Shown here one piece after another: positions 42,298 to 52,272 of a DNA stretch of 64,000 bases (its first letter is position 1; every line of letters begins with the position of its first letter). Location: contig CAVWHO010000010.1 in NCBI GenBank assembly GCA_963754875.1, positions 96,001 through 160,000 on the forward strand, written 5' to 3'. Below the pieces are notes generated by a model. That model was not told the DNA's origin, did no database searches, and saw only the letters and a program-made list of their open reading frames with translations. This DNA is from Nitrospirota bacterium. Its GTDB lineage: Bacteria > Nitrospirota > UBA9217. The translations under genes and the position numbers were made by a program.

Positions 42298-42588
42298 ATG
42301 AATTGTAATGTACGAAATGCCAACTATGAAAGAGTCGTAGCAGTAATGGACAAGCTCTTGAAAGAACGGCACAGTGACGTGTGCGACTGTCAGCGCTGCG
42401 TAGATGACATTGCTGCCATTGCCTTAAACTATCTTCCTCCCCATTATTATGTCGATGTCGAAGAAGAGAAGGAAATCGGGTCTCCTTGGGTTATGATTGA
42501 GACCGCGGTTGTCGAAGCGATTGACAGGGTTTTAGAAAAACCAAACCACCTTCACGAAGCGGCAGGGAATGACAAACACTCATCGTAA
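42298..42588 (+). CDS. ComFB-family protein
   Basis: N.YE..V, CDCQRCVDDIAAIALNYLPPHY, KPNH. Confidence 0.88.
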   Translation: MNCNVRNANYERVVAVMDKLLKERHSDVCDCQRCVDDIAAIALNYLPPHYYVDVEEEKEIGSPWVMIETAVVEAIDRVLEKPNHLHEAAGNDKHSS

Positions 42589-42632
42589 GCCGACTTTCCG
42601 AGCGATCTCGAGCAGGAATGACGAGCACACTC

Positions 42633-43755
42633 TCAACCGGGGAAATAGGTCACTTGATTCCTGCCGTTTCTTTTTGAAAGATAGAGCGCATCGTCCGCTT
42701 TCTTCACCAACTCCTCGGGCGTGACATCTTCGTCTCCAGAGACCGATGCCACCCCAACACTGATCGTAACTTTGCTCTCCAGTTTCGTATCCGTTATGAT
42801 AAATACGGCCTCTTCGACCGCCTTCTTCAGCCGTGTTGGCCACATTGACCGCCTGCTGCAGCTCAAGTTCTGGCATGATAACAGCGAACTCCTCTCCTCC
42901 GTAGCGGCAGCAGGTATCGATGGTATGGCACCGTGACTGGTTGCAGATGATGTTCGACAGTTTTTTGAGGACCGCATCGCCGGCCTGATGGCCGAAGTTA
43001 TCGTTGTATTGCTTGAAATGATCGATGTCGAGCATCATGAGCGAAAGCGGTTTTAGCGTTCTGCCCCGCCTGCTGATTTCCTGCTGGAGTTTTTCCTGAA
43101 ACAACCTGTGGTTGTAAAGACCGGTGAGCCCGTCGTGCTGAGATATCCGCTCAATTTTATTAAAAAAAAGAGCTTTTTCAATGCCCGCAGCCAGCTGGTG
43201 AGAAAGGATGGCCATAAAATCCATGTCATCCACGGTCAGCCCATACTTGGAGGAGTTGTCCATTCCGATTACGCCTATCGTCGTATTGTGGACTTTGAGG
43301 GTGATGCCGATGTAGGAACCGTCCCGTTTTTCTTCCCCGGCATAATGGATAAAATCATTGAACGTTTCGTAAAAAAGTGAAAGGTCGTGAATGTGTACGT
43401 GTTCGCCGCTTTCGACGACCCTGCCGGGAGTACCCTGGCCGATGGCGATGGCTGCAGGTCGCTGCAGTTCAAATCCGCTGATAAAAAGCAAGCTCGAGCT
43501 TTTCTCTTCGTTCGTCGCAAGAGATAAACTGATATGCGTTCGATGGGCAAGAGATTTCTTGATAATGCCGATTACCTGCTCGAGCATTTCATGTAAATCA
43601 AGCAGGGAACCGATGGTCCGGGCGATGTGATAATGAACGTATATTTCGTTCAGTTTTTTTTCGAGCAGATCGCCGAGAACCTTTTCATGGGCATGGGATT
43701 GCTTCAGCTCCTCTTCCAGCCCGGCAATCTTTTCTTTTAAGTATTCATCGGCCAT
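42633..43755 (-). CDS. GAF-GGDEF diguanylate cyclase (frameshifted)
   Basis: DGLTGLYN, DIDHFKQYNDNFGHQAGD, RYGGEEF, ADDALYLSKRNGRN in second frame. Confidence 0.92.
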
Positions 43756-43857
43756 CGATACCCCGTGGGTGCAGCCGCGTTAAGAACCTGCCGGATGCAT
43801 GCAGCCTTGCTCGATCCTTAATTGGTTTTCGGCTGTGCAGGTTGAATCGGGATCGCC

Positions 43858-44596
43858 TTAGGCTGCGTTCGGCGCGGCAGCCGGTGCCGTCGTTGAGGCT
43901 TTCGTTGACGGAGCAGTGATCTTGTTTCGATGCAACCAAGGGGCCATAAGCGGATTTTCAATTATGATTATGGTCTTGTGGGTTTTGATTTTAAAGCCGA
44001 TCTCCGGTTGCTTCGAAGAGTATGCCGCGGCTATCAAGGAATCCTGATCAACACCGGTTTTTTTCGAGATCCCTGATGAGCGCCGCTGACCGCTCTGCCG
44101 CCAGCGTTCTCGCGTCTTTTGCCGGTAGTTTTCTTTCGTCCTTTGCCTCTGGCCGGAACAGCCTCCGTCGTGTTCCCGAAGTAGACGTTCTTGCCCGTTA
44201 ATTCTTTTTTCTAAGGAGCGCAACGAGTTTGGCACGAAGGGAGGGGCTTTCTTTCGAGAAAGTATAGGAACCGGGCAAATACAGCGCATCCTCAGCAATG
44301 TTTACGATAACGCGGTTGCCGGACGTGAGAACCTCTGCTTTACCGGTTTTGATCTCGTCGCTCAGGGTCGAGCTCAGGACATCGATTGCCGGGTTCAGCC
44401 ATGCCGTCTCTTTTTGCTCCTGTTCCTTGATTTTTTTCAGCTCTGCCCTTGCCTTGTCGAGTTCGGGTAAGCCTGCTTTCATCCGGACGTAATCCTCCGC
44501 CATCGGTTTATACGATGTAACATAAAATGCGGCTGCAGCGCCGAGCCCTAAGACAAGAAGGACAATCACAACATAGGTAACGATCTTCATGAGCAT
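43858..44596 (-). CDS. OmpA/MotB-like membrane-anchored protein (frameshifted)
   Basis: N-terminal TM, coiled coil, VIVNIAEDALY.PGS, GVDQDSLIAAAYSSKQP. Confidence 0.7.
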
Positions 44597-44627
44597 GATA
44601 GGGAAACCTCCTGATGAGAGAGTTGAA

Positions 44628-44731
44628 TCCCGCGACTTGCATTACCCCCGGCTCCTGCCGGGAGTAATGCGTCGTAAACCGCGGGAGGTCGCGTTATTAG
44701 AGGGGACCTCCGGCTCCTGCCGGGGGGCTCC
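44628..44731. mobile_element. Paired hairpins, probable non-autonomous IS200/IS605- or REP-type relic
   Basis: ccggctcctgccggg at 44648-44662 and 44710-44724; no transposase between them. Confidence 0.5.
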
Positions 44732-44754
44732 ACTGAATTTATTACTCATTGCGG

Positions 44755-45948
44755 TCACTGAAGCATATTGACTGTCTTTTCAATTCGATCCAGTCCTTGT
44801 TCGATGATTTCCGCAGAGGTAGCATAGGAAAGCCGTATGTAGGCATCTGCGCCAAAGGCATCGCCTGAAACGAGCGCTACCTTTGCTTCGTCAAGCAGGA
44901 GCGCAGCGAAATCAGCCGAGTTCCTGATGATCTTTCCATGCATGCTCTTGCCGAAGAGCGCTGATACGCGTGGGAAAGCGTAAAAGGCGCCGACAGGCAT
45001 GAGACATGACACGCCGGTGATCTTATTCAGCCGATCGACCATGTATGTTCGTCTTTTAGCGAATTCAACATTCATAGCCCGGACAGAATCCTGCGGTCCG
45101 CGGAGCGCTTCGACAGCGGCCTTCTGAGAAATGGACGATGGATTAGAAGTGCTCTGGCTCTGGATGTTCGCCATGGCAGTTATCACGTCTTTCGGGCCTG
45201 CAGCATAACCGATGCGCCAGCCGGTCATGGCATGCGATTTGGACACTCCGTTCACGACGATTGTCAGGTCTTTGATCTCCTGTCCGAGCGATGCAATGCT
45301 GGTATGCTTGAAACCGTCATAAATGAGCTTTTCATAGATTTCGTCGGAGATCACGTAGATATTTTGCTCAACGGCCAACGCGGCAATGTCCTCGAGGGCC
45401 TTCTTGTCATATGCCAAACCCGTGGGGTTTGAAGGACTGTTCAAAATCAGCGCCTTGGTTTTATTCGTGATGGCCTTTCCGAGTTTCTTCGCCGAAATCT
45501 TAAAACCCTCTCCTTCAGTCGTCTCTACGATTATCGGTGTAGCATCGTTCAACAGCACCTGGTCAGGATAGGATACCCAGTACGGAGAGGGGATAACGAC
45601 TTCATCTCCGGGATCGAACAACGCCTCCGCAATATTATAGAGGCTATGCTTGGCACCGCACGAAACAAGGATTTGAGCTTTTTCGTACTGCAGCCCGTTG
45701 TCTTTTTTAAATTTATCAATGATCGCTTCTTTGAGCTCGTCAGTACCGCCGGCTGGAGTATATTTTGTGAAGCCCGACTGAATTGCTTTAATGCCTGCCT
45801 GTTTAACATTTTCCGGCGTGTCGAAGTCCGGTTCTCCTACGCCAAAATCTACTACGTCGATTCCCTGGGCTTTCATTGCCTTTGCTTTTGCCGCCATTGC
45901 CAGAGTCGGGGAGGGTTGGATGGCCTGCGCCCTTTTTGCAATTCCCAT
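44755..45948 (-). CDS. aspC: Class I PLP aminotransferase (aspartate aminotransferase type)
   Basis: GEPDF, NSPSNPTG, SDEIY, SKSHAMTGWRIG, IRLSYA. Confidence 0.92.
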   Translation of the reverse strand: MGIAKRAQAIQPSPTLAMAAKAKAMKAQGIDVVDFGVGEPDFDTPENVKQAGIKAIQSGFTKYTPAGGTDELKEAIIDKFKKDNGLQYEKAQILVSCGAKHSLYNIAEALFDPGDEVVIPSPYWVSYPDQVLLNDATPIIVETTEGEGFKISAKKLGKAITNKTKALILNSPSNPTGLAYDKKALEDIAALAVEQNIYVISDEIYEKLIYDGFKHTSIASLGQEIKDLTIVVNGVSKSHAMTGWRIGYAAGPKDVITAMANIQSQSTSNPSSISQKAAVEALRGPQDSVRAMNVEFAKRRTYMVDRLNKITGVSCLMPVGAFYAFPRVSALFGKSMHGKIIRNSADFAALLLDEAKVALVSGDAFGADAYIRLSYATSAEIIEQGLDRIEKTVNMLQ

Positions 45949-46168
45949 GCTGTCGCACTACCCTTTCTTTCAACAATAATTGGTGTGTAGCCATTCAAGT
46001 TTTTTTAGCATAGAAGCAACGTAAAGTCAATGAGTTTCTTGGGAAACAACTCATAGGATTTCCGCTACAGACGACATCCCCTGTGCTCTTCTTTGTTTGC
46101 CCTGCTGTCGTTCCGAGGTTGCAAATGAGAGTGAAGTATGATAGTATTTTTTCATTTGAGGAGGCTTC

Positions 46169-46570
46169 ATGTTCGGATTTTTCCTGCGCTGGTCCATCAA
46201 TTTGCTGGCGCTTGTCATTGCCGGTTCAATGATACCAGGGATCAGGATACAGAGTCTACAAATGGGCATCATTGCCGCCGGCATCCTCGGCATCGTAAAT
46301 GCCGTGATCAGGCCGGTGGTACTCATTCTAACCTTGCCGATCAATCTCCTGACACTTGGCTTGTTCACCCTGGTCATTAACGCTGCACTGCTGAAACTCG
46401 TGTCCGACCTTGTTCCCGGCTTCGTCATTAATTCGTTCAGTGCTGCCTTCTTCGGCGCGTTGCTGGTCAGTGTTATCAGCTGGATCGTGAACGTGTTTGT
46501 CAGCGGCGACGGCACGTTTATCTTCATCAAGAGGGCAAACAAAGGTAGCGGTCGCGGACCTCGCAGATAA
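46169..46570 (+). CDS. YvlD-like 4-TM membrane protein (phage holin 4_2 family)
   Basis: NAVIRPVV..LTLPINLLTLGLFTLVINA. Confidence 0.9.
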   Translation: MFGFFLRWSINLLALVIAGSMIPGIRIQSLQMGIIAAGILGIVNAVIRPVVLILTLPINLLTLGLFTLVINAALLKLVSDLVPGFVINSFSAAFFGALLVSVISWIVNVFVSGDGTFIFIKRANKGSGRGPRR

Positions 46571-46620
46571 TTTTTCATTCGAACGAGCATTTTTAGGGTT
46601 GAACATCGGGAAATATCGCC

Positions 46621-47319
46621 ATGACTCACATGCACATACCGGACGGTGTTCTGCCCGTCTGGATCTGGGTTCTGGGTTTCATCATCATGTCGCTTATCAT
46701 GGGTGTCAGCCTTTTTCGGCTCCGGACCATGGACATGAAGAAAAAAATACCATTACTCGGCGCCCTATCTGCCACCATGCTTGTGGGTATGAGCCTTCCC
46801 ACGGAATTGATTCTCCCCGGATACCACATTAACTTATCGGTCGTAACCGGCATCCTGATCGGGCCAGCCCTGGGATTCGTTGCGGCGTTCATCGCAAACT
46901 TGATATTAGCCCTTATGGGCCACGGAGGCATTACCGTCATCGGCCTCAATACTTTGCTTCTCGGATCGGAGGCCGTTCTGGGGCATACCCTGTTTTACCT
47001 TCTCAAGCGGCTCCCCGTATTTTGGCGGGCCGCTCTCGCGACGGTAATAACCTTGCTCATAACGACTTTGATTCTCATCGGTTTTGTTGCTCTATCGCAC
47101 CTCAATCCTGAGTTTCTTCGCCACGGAGAGGATCATGGCCATGAGCTGCAAGTCGACGGGTCGATCGTGACTTTTGCCGTGATTGTACTGACAATCGGTG
47201 TGATTGGATGGATCATTGAAGCGGCCATTACCGGTGCGGTGATCACCTTTGTTTCTCAAGTCAAACCCGACTTGCTCCGGCATATGCTGCATGCGAAGAA
47301 GGACATGAGCGAAAGATGA
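46621..47319 (+). CDS. cbiM: Co/Ni ECF transporter S component
   Basis: MHIPDG N-terminus, HGGITVIGLN, His-rich loop. Confidence 0.88.
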   Translation: MTHMHIPDGVLPVWIWVLGFIIMSLIMGVSLFRLRTMDMKKKIPLLGALSATMLVGMSLPTELILPGYHINLSVVTGILIGPALGFVAAFIANLILALMGHGGITVIGLNTLLLGSEAVLGHTLFYLLKRLPVFWRAALATVITLLITTLILIGFVALSHLNPEFLRHGEDHGHELQVDGSIVTFAVIVLTIGVIGWIIEAAITGAVITFVSQVKPDLLRHMLHAKKDMSER

Positions 47320-47329
47320 GGGAACGGCC

Positions 47330-48034
47330 GTGATCGGTGTTGCAAGAATTGACCACTGGGCGGCCAGCGGCACCGGCCATCTTCACCGGTCATCCCCGAC
47401 GGCCAAAGTTATTTTTTTGCTGCTGGTGGTTACGGCGGCCGTCATGTCGAAAAACCCCTATCCCCTCATCGCGGGTTATGGTACGCTGCTCGTCGTTGCC
47501 GCTTTATCCGGGCTCCCTTGGTCCAGGGTTATGGTTCTCTCCTGGTACGCGGCGCTGTTTGCCCTGCTGTATAGCCTCAGTATTCGCGGTGGAATGTGGC
47601 TCCGTGCACTTTATATTATGAAGGCCATTACACCTTCCTGCGCCATGCTGATGCTCATTGTGAGCACTCCCTATCCGAAAATATTTTCTTTGCTCAGCTC
47701 GGCGCTCCCTGAGATAATCGCAGCCGGTCTGTTCATGACGTATCGGACGCTCTTTATCCTTCTCGATATGATGGATAGTTTTGCGATGGCCATTCGGCTC
47801 CGCGGCGGTTTTTCGCCGGGAAGCCTGTATAAGAACGGAGCTAGTATATCGAAAGGCATAGCGATGCTGCTCGTTCGTGCAGTGGAGCGGGCATCGCGCA
47901 TCTATTCGGTTATGGTGGTAAGGGGATACAGCGGCAGTATGGCGGAAAAGAGCGCCATCCGGCTTCAACGCGAAGACTGGCTCCCGCTAGCCACTGGCAC
48001 AGGAGTGCTTCTGTTTGTAATTCTCTGGAAATGA
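47330..48034 (+). CDS. cbiQ: ECF transporter T component
   Basis: TM helices, RLRGG and ERASRIYSVMVVRGY. Confidence 0.85.
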   Translation: MIGVARIDHWAASGTGHLHRSSPTAKVIFLLLVVTAAVMSKNPYPLIAGYGTLLVVAALSGLPWSRVMVLSWYAALFALLYSLSIRGGMWLRALYIMKAITPSCAMLMLIVSTPYPKIFSLLSSALPEIIAAGLFMTYRTLFILLDMMDSFAMAIRLRGGFSPGSLYKNGASISKGIAMLLVRAVERASRIYSVMVVRGYSGSMAEKSAIRLQREDWLPLATGTGVLLFVILWK

Positions 48035-48071
48035 GCAGACTTCGAATGATTGATAGAGTAAGTCAGAAATA

Positions 48072-48938
48072 ATGATAAACAGAAATGTCATACTGCAGAA
48101 AAATGCTGAGGATATCATTGTCAGCGTGAGTTGTCTAAAACATGTGTACCCGGACACAACCGAGATCCATATGTGCGGTCTCGATTTCGTGGTCAGCAGG
48201 GGAGAGCGCGTTGTGGTTCTCGGTGGCAACGGTTCGGGAAAAACAACTTTGCTTTTCCATATTCTCGGTTTGCTCAAACCGGATGAGGGCAATGTCAACG
48301 TGTTCGGAGTCAACCCGGCGGAACAGTACAACGCTATTCGTGAGCGTATCGGCGTACTCCTCCAGAATGTTGACGACCAGATCCTTTCCCCAACAGTCTG
48401 GGACGATATTTCCTTTTCTCCGCGTAATTACGGATATGAAAAAGACGAGACGTCCAGGATGGTCGAACAAATCCTCTCCGAACTGGGCATACAGCATTTA
48501 CGCGATAAGATTTGCCACTACCTCTCGGGCGGGGAGAAAAGAAAAGTGGCCCTTGCGGGCGCTCTCGTCATGCGTCCCAAATTGCTGATTCTGGACGAAC
48601 CGTTCGAGGGGCTCGACAACCGCTCTCGCACCGAACTCGTTTCACTTCTCAATGCATACAATCAGGCAGGTATGACTATCATCATGTCCACCCATGACCT
48701 GAACCTTGTAGCGTCATTTGCGGACCGCGTATACGTACTTGCCCGCGGGCGCGGTGTAATTACCGCAGGCACGCCGTCGTCCATCTTTCTGCAGGCAGAT
48801 GCGCTGAGAGCGACGAACATAGACCCGCCGCTTCTCACGGAACTGTTCCTCAAACTAAGAGAGCGGGGCGTTTCCATCGAAATCCCGGTGCGCATTGACC
48901 AGGCAGTGGACGATCTGGTCCGAATAATCAATAAGTGA
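48072..48938 (+). CDS. cbiO: ECF transporter ATPase
   Basis: GGNGSGKT, LSGGEK, LDEP. Confidence 0.9.
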   Translation: MINRNVILQKNAEDIIVSVSCLKHVYPDTTEIHMCGLDFVVSRGERVVVLGGNGSGKTTLLFHILGLLKPDEGNVNVFGVNPAEQYNAIRERIGVLLQNVDDQILSPTVWDDISFSPRNYGYEKDETSRMVEQILSELGIQHLRDKICHYLSGGEKRKVALAGALVMRPKLLILDEPFEGLDNRSRTELVSLLNAYNQAGMTIIMSTHDLNLVASFADRVYVLARGRGVITAGTPSSIFLQADALRATNIDPPLLTELFLKLRERGVSIEIPVRIDQAVDDLVRIINK

Positions 48939-48983
48939 TAAACCGGCTTTTAAAAGCTGATACGACGAACGGAGGGAAAAAGC

Positions 48984-50237
48984 ATGCCGCAGAGTGGTAT
49001 TGAGCAGAGAAAGGGAACGCTGATTCTCCTGATTGCAATCCTGATGGTCATGGCCGTTCTCATCGGCGGGGCCGCCGGTTATTTTACAGCGCGCAGTGAT
49101 CAACGAGGGTTTCTGTTGTCTCTTTGCTTAATGCCGCTTATCCCGCTCCTGTCGTACGTTTTGTATAAAAAAACGATTTTCCCTTACTATCGTCAACAGG
49201 AAGACACAAACCTTGAACTCCGCATCAAGCAGGAAGAACTGCTGGACACGAAGGACGACTTATTTATAAAGTTTCTCGGCATCTATGACGTCAATTATGC
49301 CGCAAATTCACCGCGTCTATTCGCAGACCGGCTTGCGGATGTCGCCGATATTACCGCCCGGGTCATGGAAGCGGAAGCGTGTTTTATCTTTCTCTATGAG
49401 AAAAAAAAGGACGACTTAACGCTTACGGCAACCAATGGGGTACAGGTCGGCACGATCGGGAAGGTCCGCATCCCGCTCGGTGAAAGCATCGAGGGATGGG
49501 TCGGCAGAAAGCTCGACCCGCTTATGCTGAAGGATTTTCATGCGGACTCCCGGTTCCGGGAAGTTCCCGGCTTCGCCCTCGGCGAGTATGTGTCGGTCTA
49601 CAGTTTGCCGCTCTATGTGTATTCGAACGGCGCACTGGTCGGCCTCATGGAAGTATTTTACCGCAAGACCAAAAATTTTTCAGATGAAGAAATCAATTTT
49701 TTTACGACACTCTCGGGCATACTTTCTACAACCGTGCAAAATGAACTGATGCAGGCGGAACTGCGGAAGATGAACATTGAACTCGAACAGTGGGTCGCCG
49801 AAAAAACCGAGGAATTCCGGGCTTCGGAGGAACGCTATCGGACCCTCGTGGAGAATGCTTGCGAATCGATTTTCCTGCTTGCCGAGAATGGAGATGTCAT
49901 TTTTGCGAACGAGCAGGCCGCCCATCTGTCGGGTCATGCCAAATACGACCTTCTGCATAAAAATTTGTTCGAGCTTTTTATAGATCCCGCGCTCTCCGGA
50001 GAAATTCTCCGCGAGGTGATGCAGGGGCGCCAAGCCTCGAGGCAGGGCGATTTTCGGAAAGCCGACGGCTCCCTGGTTCCTGTGGCACTCAGTGCTGTGG
50101 GACTTTCTCTCATGGGAAAAAGATTTATCCAGTCGGTTGTTCGTGACATATCCTCCGAGGTCAGGCTCGAAAAACTCCTGCTGGAGAAAGACCGGGAAAT
50201 AGCTGCTCTCAAGACGAAACTCGGTAAGATGAAATAA
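48984..50237 (+). CDS. 2TM-GAF-PAS sensor protein without output domain
   Basis: Two TMs, GAF, SEERYRTLVE-PAS-VRDIS, short coiled-coil end. Confidence 0.85.
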   Translation: MPQSGIEQRKGTLILLIAILMVMAVLIGGAAGYFTARSDQRGFLLSLCLMPLIPLLSYVLYKKTIFPYYRQQEDTNLELRIKQEELLDTKDDLFIKFLGIYDVNYAANSPRLFADRLADVADITARVMEAEACFIFLYEKKKDDLTLTATNGVQVGTIGKVRIPLGESIEGWVGRKLDPLMLKDFHADSRFREVPGFALGEYVSVYSLPLYVYSNGALVGLMEVFYRKTKNFSDEEINFFTTLSGILSTTVQNELMQAELRKMNIELEQWVAEKTEEFRASEERYRTLVENACESIFLLAENGDVIFANEQAAHLSGHAKYDLLHKNLFELFIDPALSGEILREVMQGRQASRQGDFRKADGSLVPVALSAVGLSLMGKRFIQSVVRDISSEVRLEKLLLEKDREIAALKTKLGKMK

Positions 50238-50336
50238 ACAGCTTCCGTCTTCTCTATTTTGGCCTTTACAGGCATAGGGTCGTGTGGTATAAATTATGCA
50301 TAGAGATGCCCCGTTGGTTACCATTCCCTAATTTTT

Positions 50337-50903
50337 ATGAAGGTCATACAGTTATTCAAGACCCTTGCACTATTCCTTATCCTAGCTGCGGTACTATTCG
50401 GTGGATACCTTCTTTTCCGGGGTGGGGATATTACTGCACCATCTTTTTTGCAGCCTGCTGCCGGGGTCAGGTTATTGTTGAGCATGGATGGGTTTCAGTT
50501 CTCGCAATCTACTAATGGAAAAACAGCGTGGCGAATGGTTGCCAGAAATGCCGATCTCTTTGAAAATAAGGAAGTGCAGTTAAAAGATTTAGAAATCACC
50601 TTCAACAGTCCTGATGGCAGCAGACAGGGGAAACTCCTTGGTGAAACGGGCACCATGGATACCGTGACCGGGAATGCATCTGTGCGTCGTGGAGCGAAAG
50701 AAGTCAGAATCGTTACGAGCGACGGTTATCTGTTGATGACGAACTCGCTTTTCTGGAAGGCTGGTGATCGACTTGTCTGGACTCCTGAACCATTCAAGTT
50801 GCTTGGCAGCGAGATTTATCTTGAGGGAGTGGGACTTTCTGCGTATGCGGATATGCGTTCACTTGTGGTGAAGAATCATGTCAAGGCAGTGCTGCAAGAA
50901 TAG
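50337..50903 (+). CDS. lptC: LPS export protein LptC
   Basis: N-terminal TM, beta-jellyroll pattern, synteny with lptAB. Confidence 0.82.
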   Translation: MKVIQLFKTLALFLILAAVLFGGYLLFRGGDITAPSFLQPAAGVRLLLSMDGFQFSQSTNGKTAWRMVARNADLFENKEVQLKDLEITFNSPDGSRQGKLLGETGTMDTVTGNASVRRGAKEVRIVTSDGYLLMTNSLFWKAGDRLVWTPEPFKLLGSEIYLEGVGLSAYADMRSLVVKNHVKAVLQE

Positions 50904-51390
50904 TTGGTTTATTATCCCGATAGCGGTCAGTTTTCTCATAAGTGTTGCTGATGCCGCTCCGCAGCCCGACACAAGTACGCGCGAACCGATCGTGATTACA
51001 TCAGGACACATGGAAGCCCAGAAGCTCGGCGATAAAGTCACCTTTACAGGCGACGTGACACTGAAGAAAGAGAATATGACCCTTTCGTCGGACTCGATGA
51101 TCGTATTTTATGATGCCGGGACAAAAGACGTAAGACAAATCGACGCGCACGGCAACGTGGTGGTGCATAAAGATAGCCGGGTAGCTTTTTCGAACGATGC
51201 CTCCTACTACAGCCGCGATGAGAAAATCGTTCTTACCGGAGATGCGCGAATCATAGAAAATGAGAACCGACTGGGCGGGAAAAAAATAACAATCTTTATG
51301 CGGGATGACCGTAGTTTGGTTGAGGGCGGCAAGGTTTTGCTCTATCAGGACAAGCTGGATCAATCGCGCGAAGGCGGGAAGAACAAGTGA
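50878..51390 (+). CDS. lptA: LPS transport periplasmic protein
   Basis: PIVITS, FTGDV, AHGNV, LTGDA; synteny. Confidence 0.87.
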   Translation: MSRQCCKNSWFIIPIAVSFLISVADAAPQPDTSTREPIVITSGHMEAQKLGDKVTFTGDVTLKKENMTLSSDSMIVFYDAGTKDVRQIDAHGNVVVHKDSRVAFSNDASYYSRDEKIVLTGDARIIENENRLGGKKITIFMRDDRSLVEGGKVLLYQDKLDQSREGGKNK

Positions 51391-52127
51391 TCTCGAAGGG
51401 TTCCCTGCAGGCACTTGAAGCGAAAAAACTTGAAAAAAGTTACCGTGGCAGAAAAATTGTTCGTGGTATCAGCTTGCAGGTGAACCAGGGAGAAGTAGTC
51501 GGTCTCCTCGGCCCGAACGGTGCCGGAAAAACGACAACTTTTTACATGGTGGTCGGCCTTGTCAGGCCAGACCAAGGCAGGGTACTCCTCAGCGGGACGG
51601 ATATCACGAAGATGCCGATGTATCAACGGGCGCGAAACGGCATCGGATATTTGCCCCAGGAACCCTCGGTATTTCGCAGGCTGACGGTGGCGGAAAATCT
51701 GATGGCCATTCTTGAGACGATGGATCTTGCAGCCGTCCAGCGAAAGGAACGACGTGATCAACTAATGGAGGAATTGGGAATCGCCCATCTGGCTGACAGT
51801 AAATCCTATACGCTGTCGGGAGGAGAGCGCCGTCGCGTGGAGATCGCCCGTGCGCTCACCCTATCCCCGAAATTCATTCTGCTTGATGAACCCTTTGCAG
51901 GGATTGACCCGTTGGCAGTGCAGGATATCCAGGGAATTATTTCTCTTTTAAAGGAGAAGATGATTGGGATCCTTATTACCGACCACAATGTAAGGGAAAC
52001 TCTTGCGATAACCGACCGAGCCTACATCATCAGTGATGGAAAAATCATCGAGGCTGGGACAGCAGCTGAAATTACTGCAAGCCAGCGCGTTAGACAGTTT
52101 TATTTGGGTGAAGCTTTTCGGCTCTAA
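51387..52127 (+). CDS. lptB: LPS export ABC ATPase
   Basis: [43 protein letters not shown]. Confidence 0.96.
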   Translation: MISKGSLQALEAKKLEKSYRGRKIVRGISLQVNQGEVVGLLGPNGAGKTTTFYMVVGLVRPDQGRVLLSGTDITKMPMYQRARNGIGYLPQEPSVFRRLTVAENLMAILETMDLAAVQRKERRDQLMEELGIAHLADSKSYTLSGGERRRVEIARALTLSPKFILLDEPFAGIDPLAVQDIQGIISLLKEKMIGILITDHNVRETLAITDRAYIISDGKIIEAGTAAEITASQRVRQFYLGEAFRL

Positions 52128-52272
52128 TTTAAAGGAGAGAAATGAGGTCGTAATTCGGAGAGACGGAGGCAGAGGAAAAAACTTGTCGCATGTTATTTTT
52201 CTCTCAAACAAGTCTCTGTCGGCGATTTTTTACTTAAGTGACCGTCATCCGGATTAAGCCTATGTGGTGATC

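Noticed and set aside
46169..46570. 'Phage holin' as prophage evidence
   Set aside because: YvlD-type family is commonly chromosomal and no phage genes are nearby
46570..46621. Cobalamin or NiCo riboswitch before cbiM or cobD
   Set aside because: Gaps are only ~50-60 nt and lack B12-box motifs
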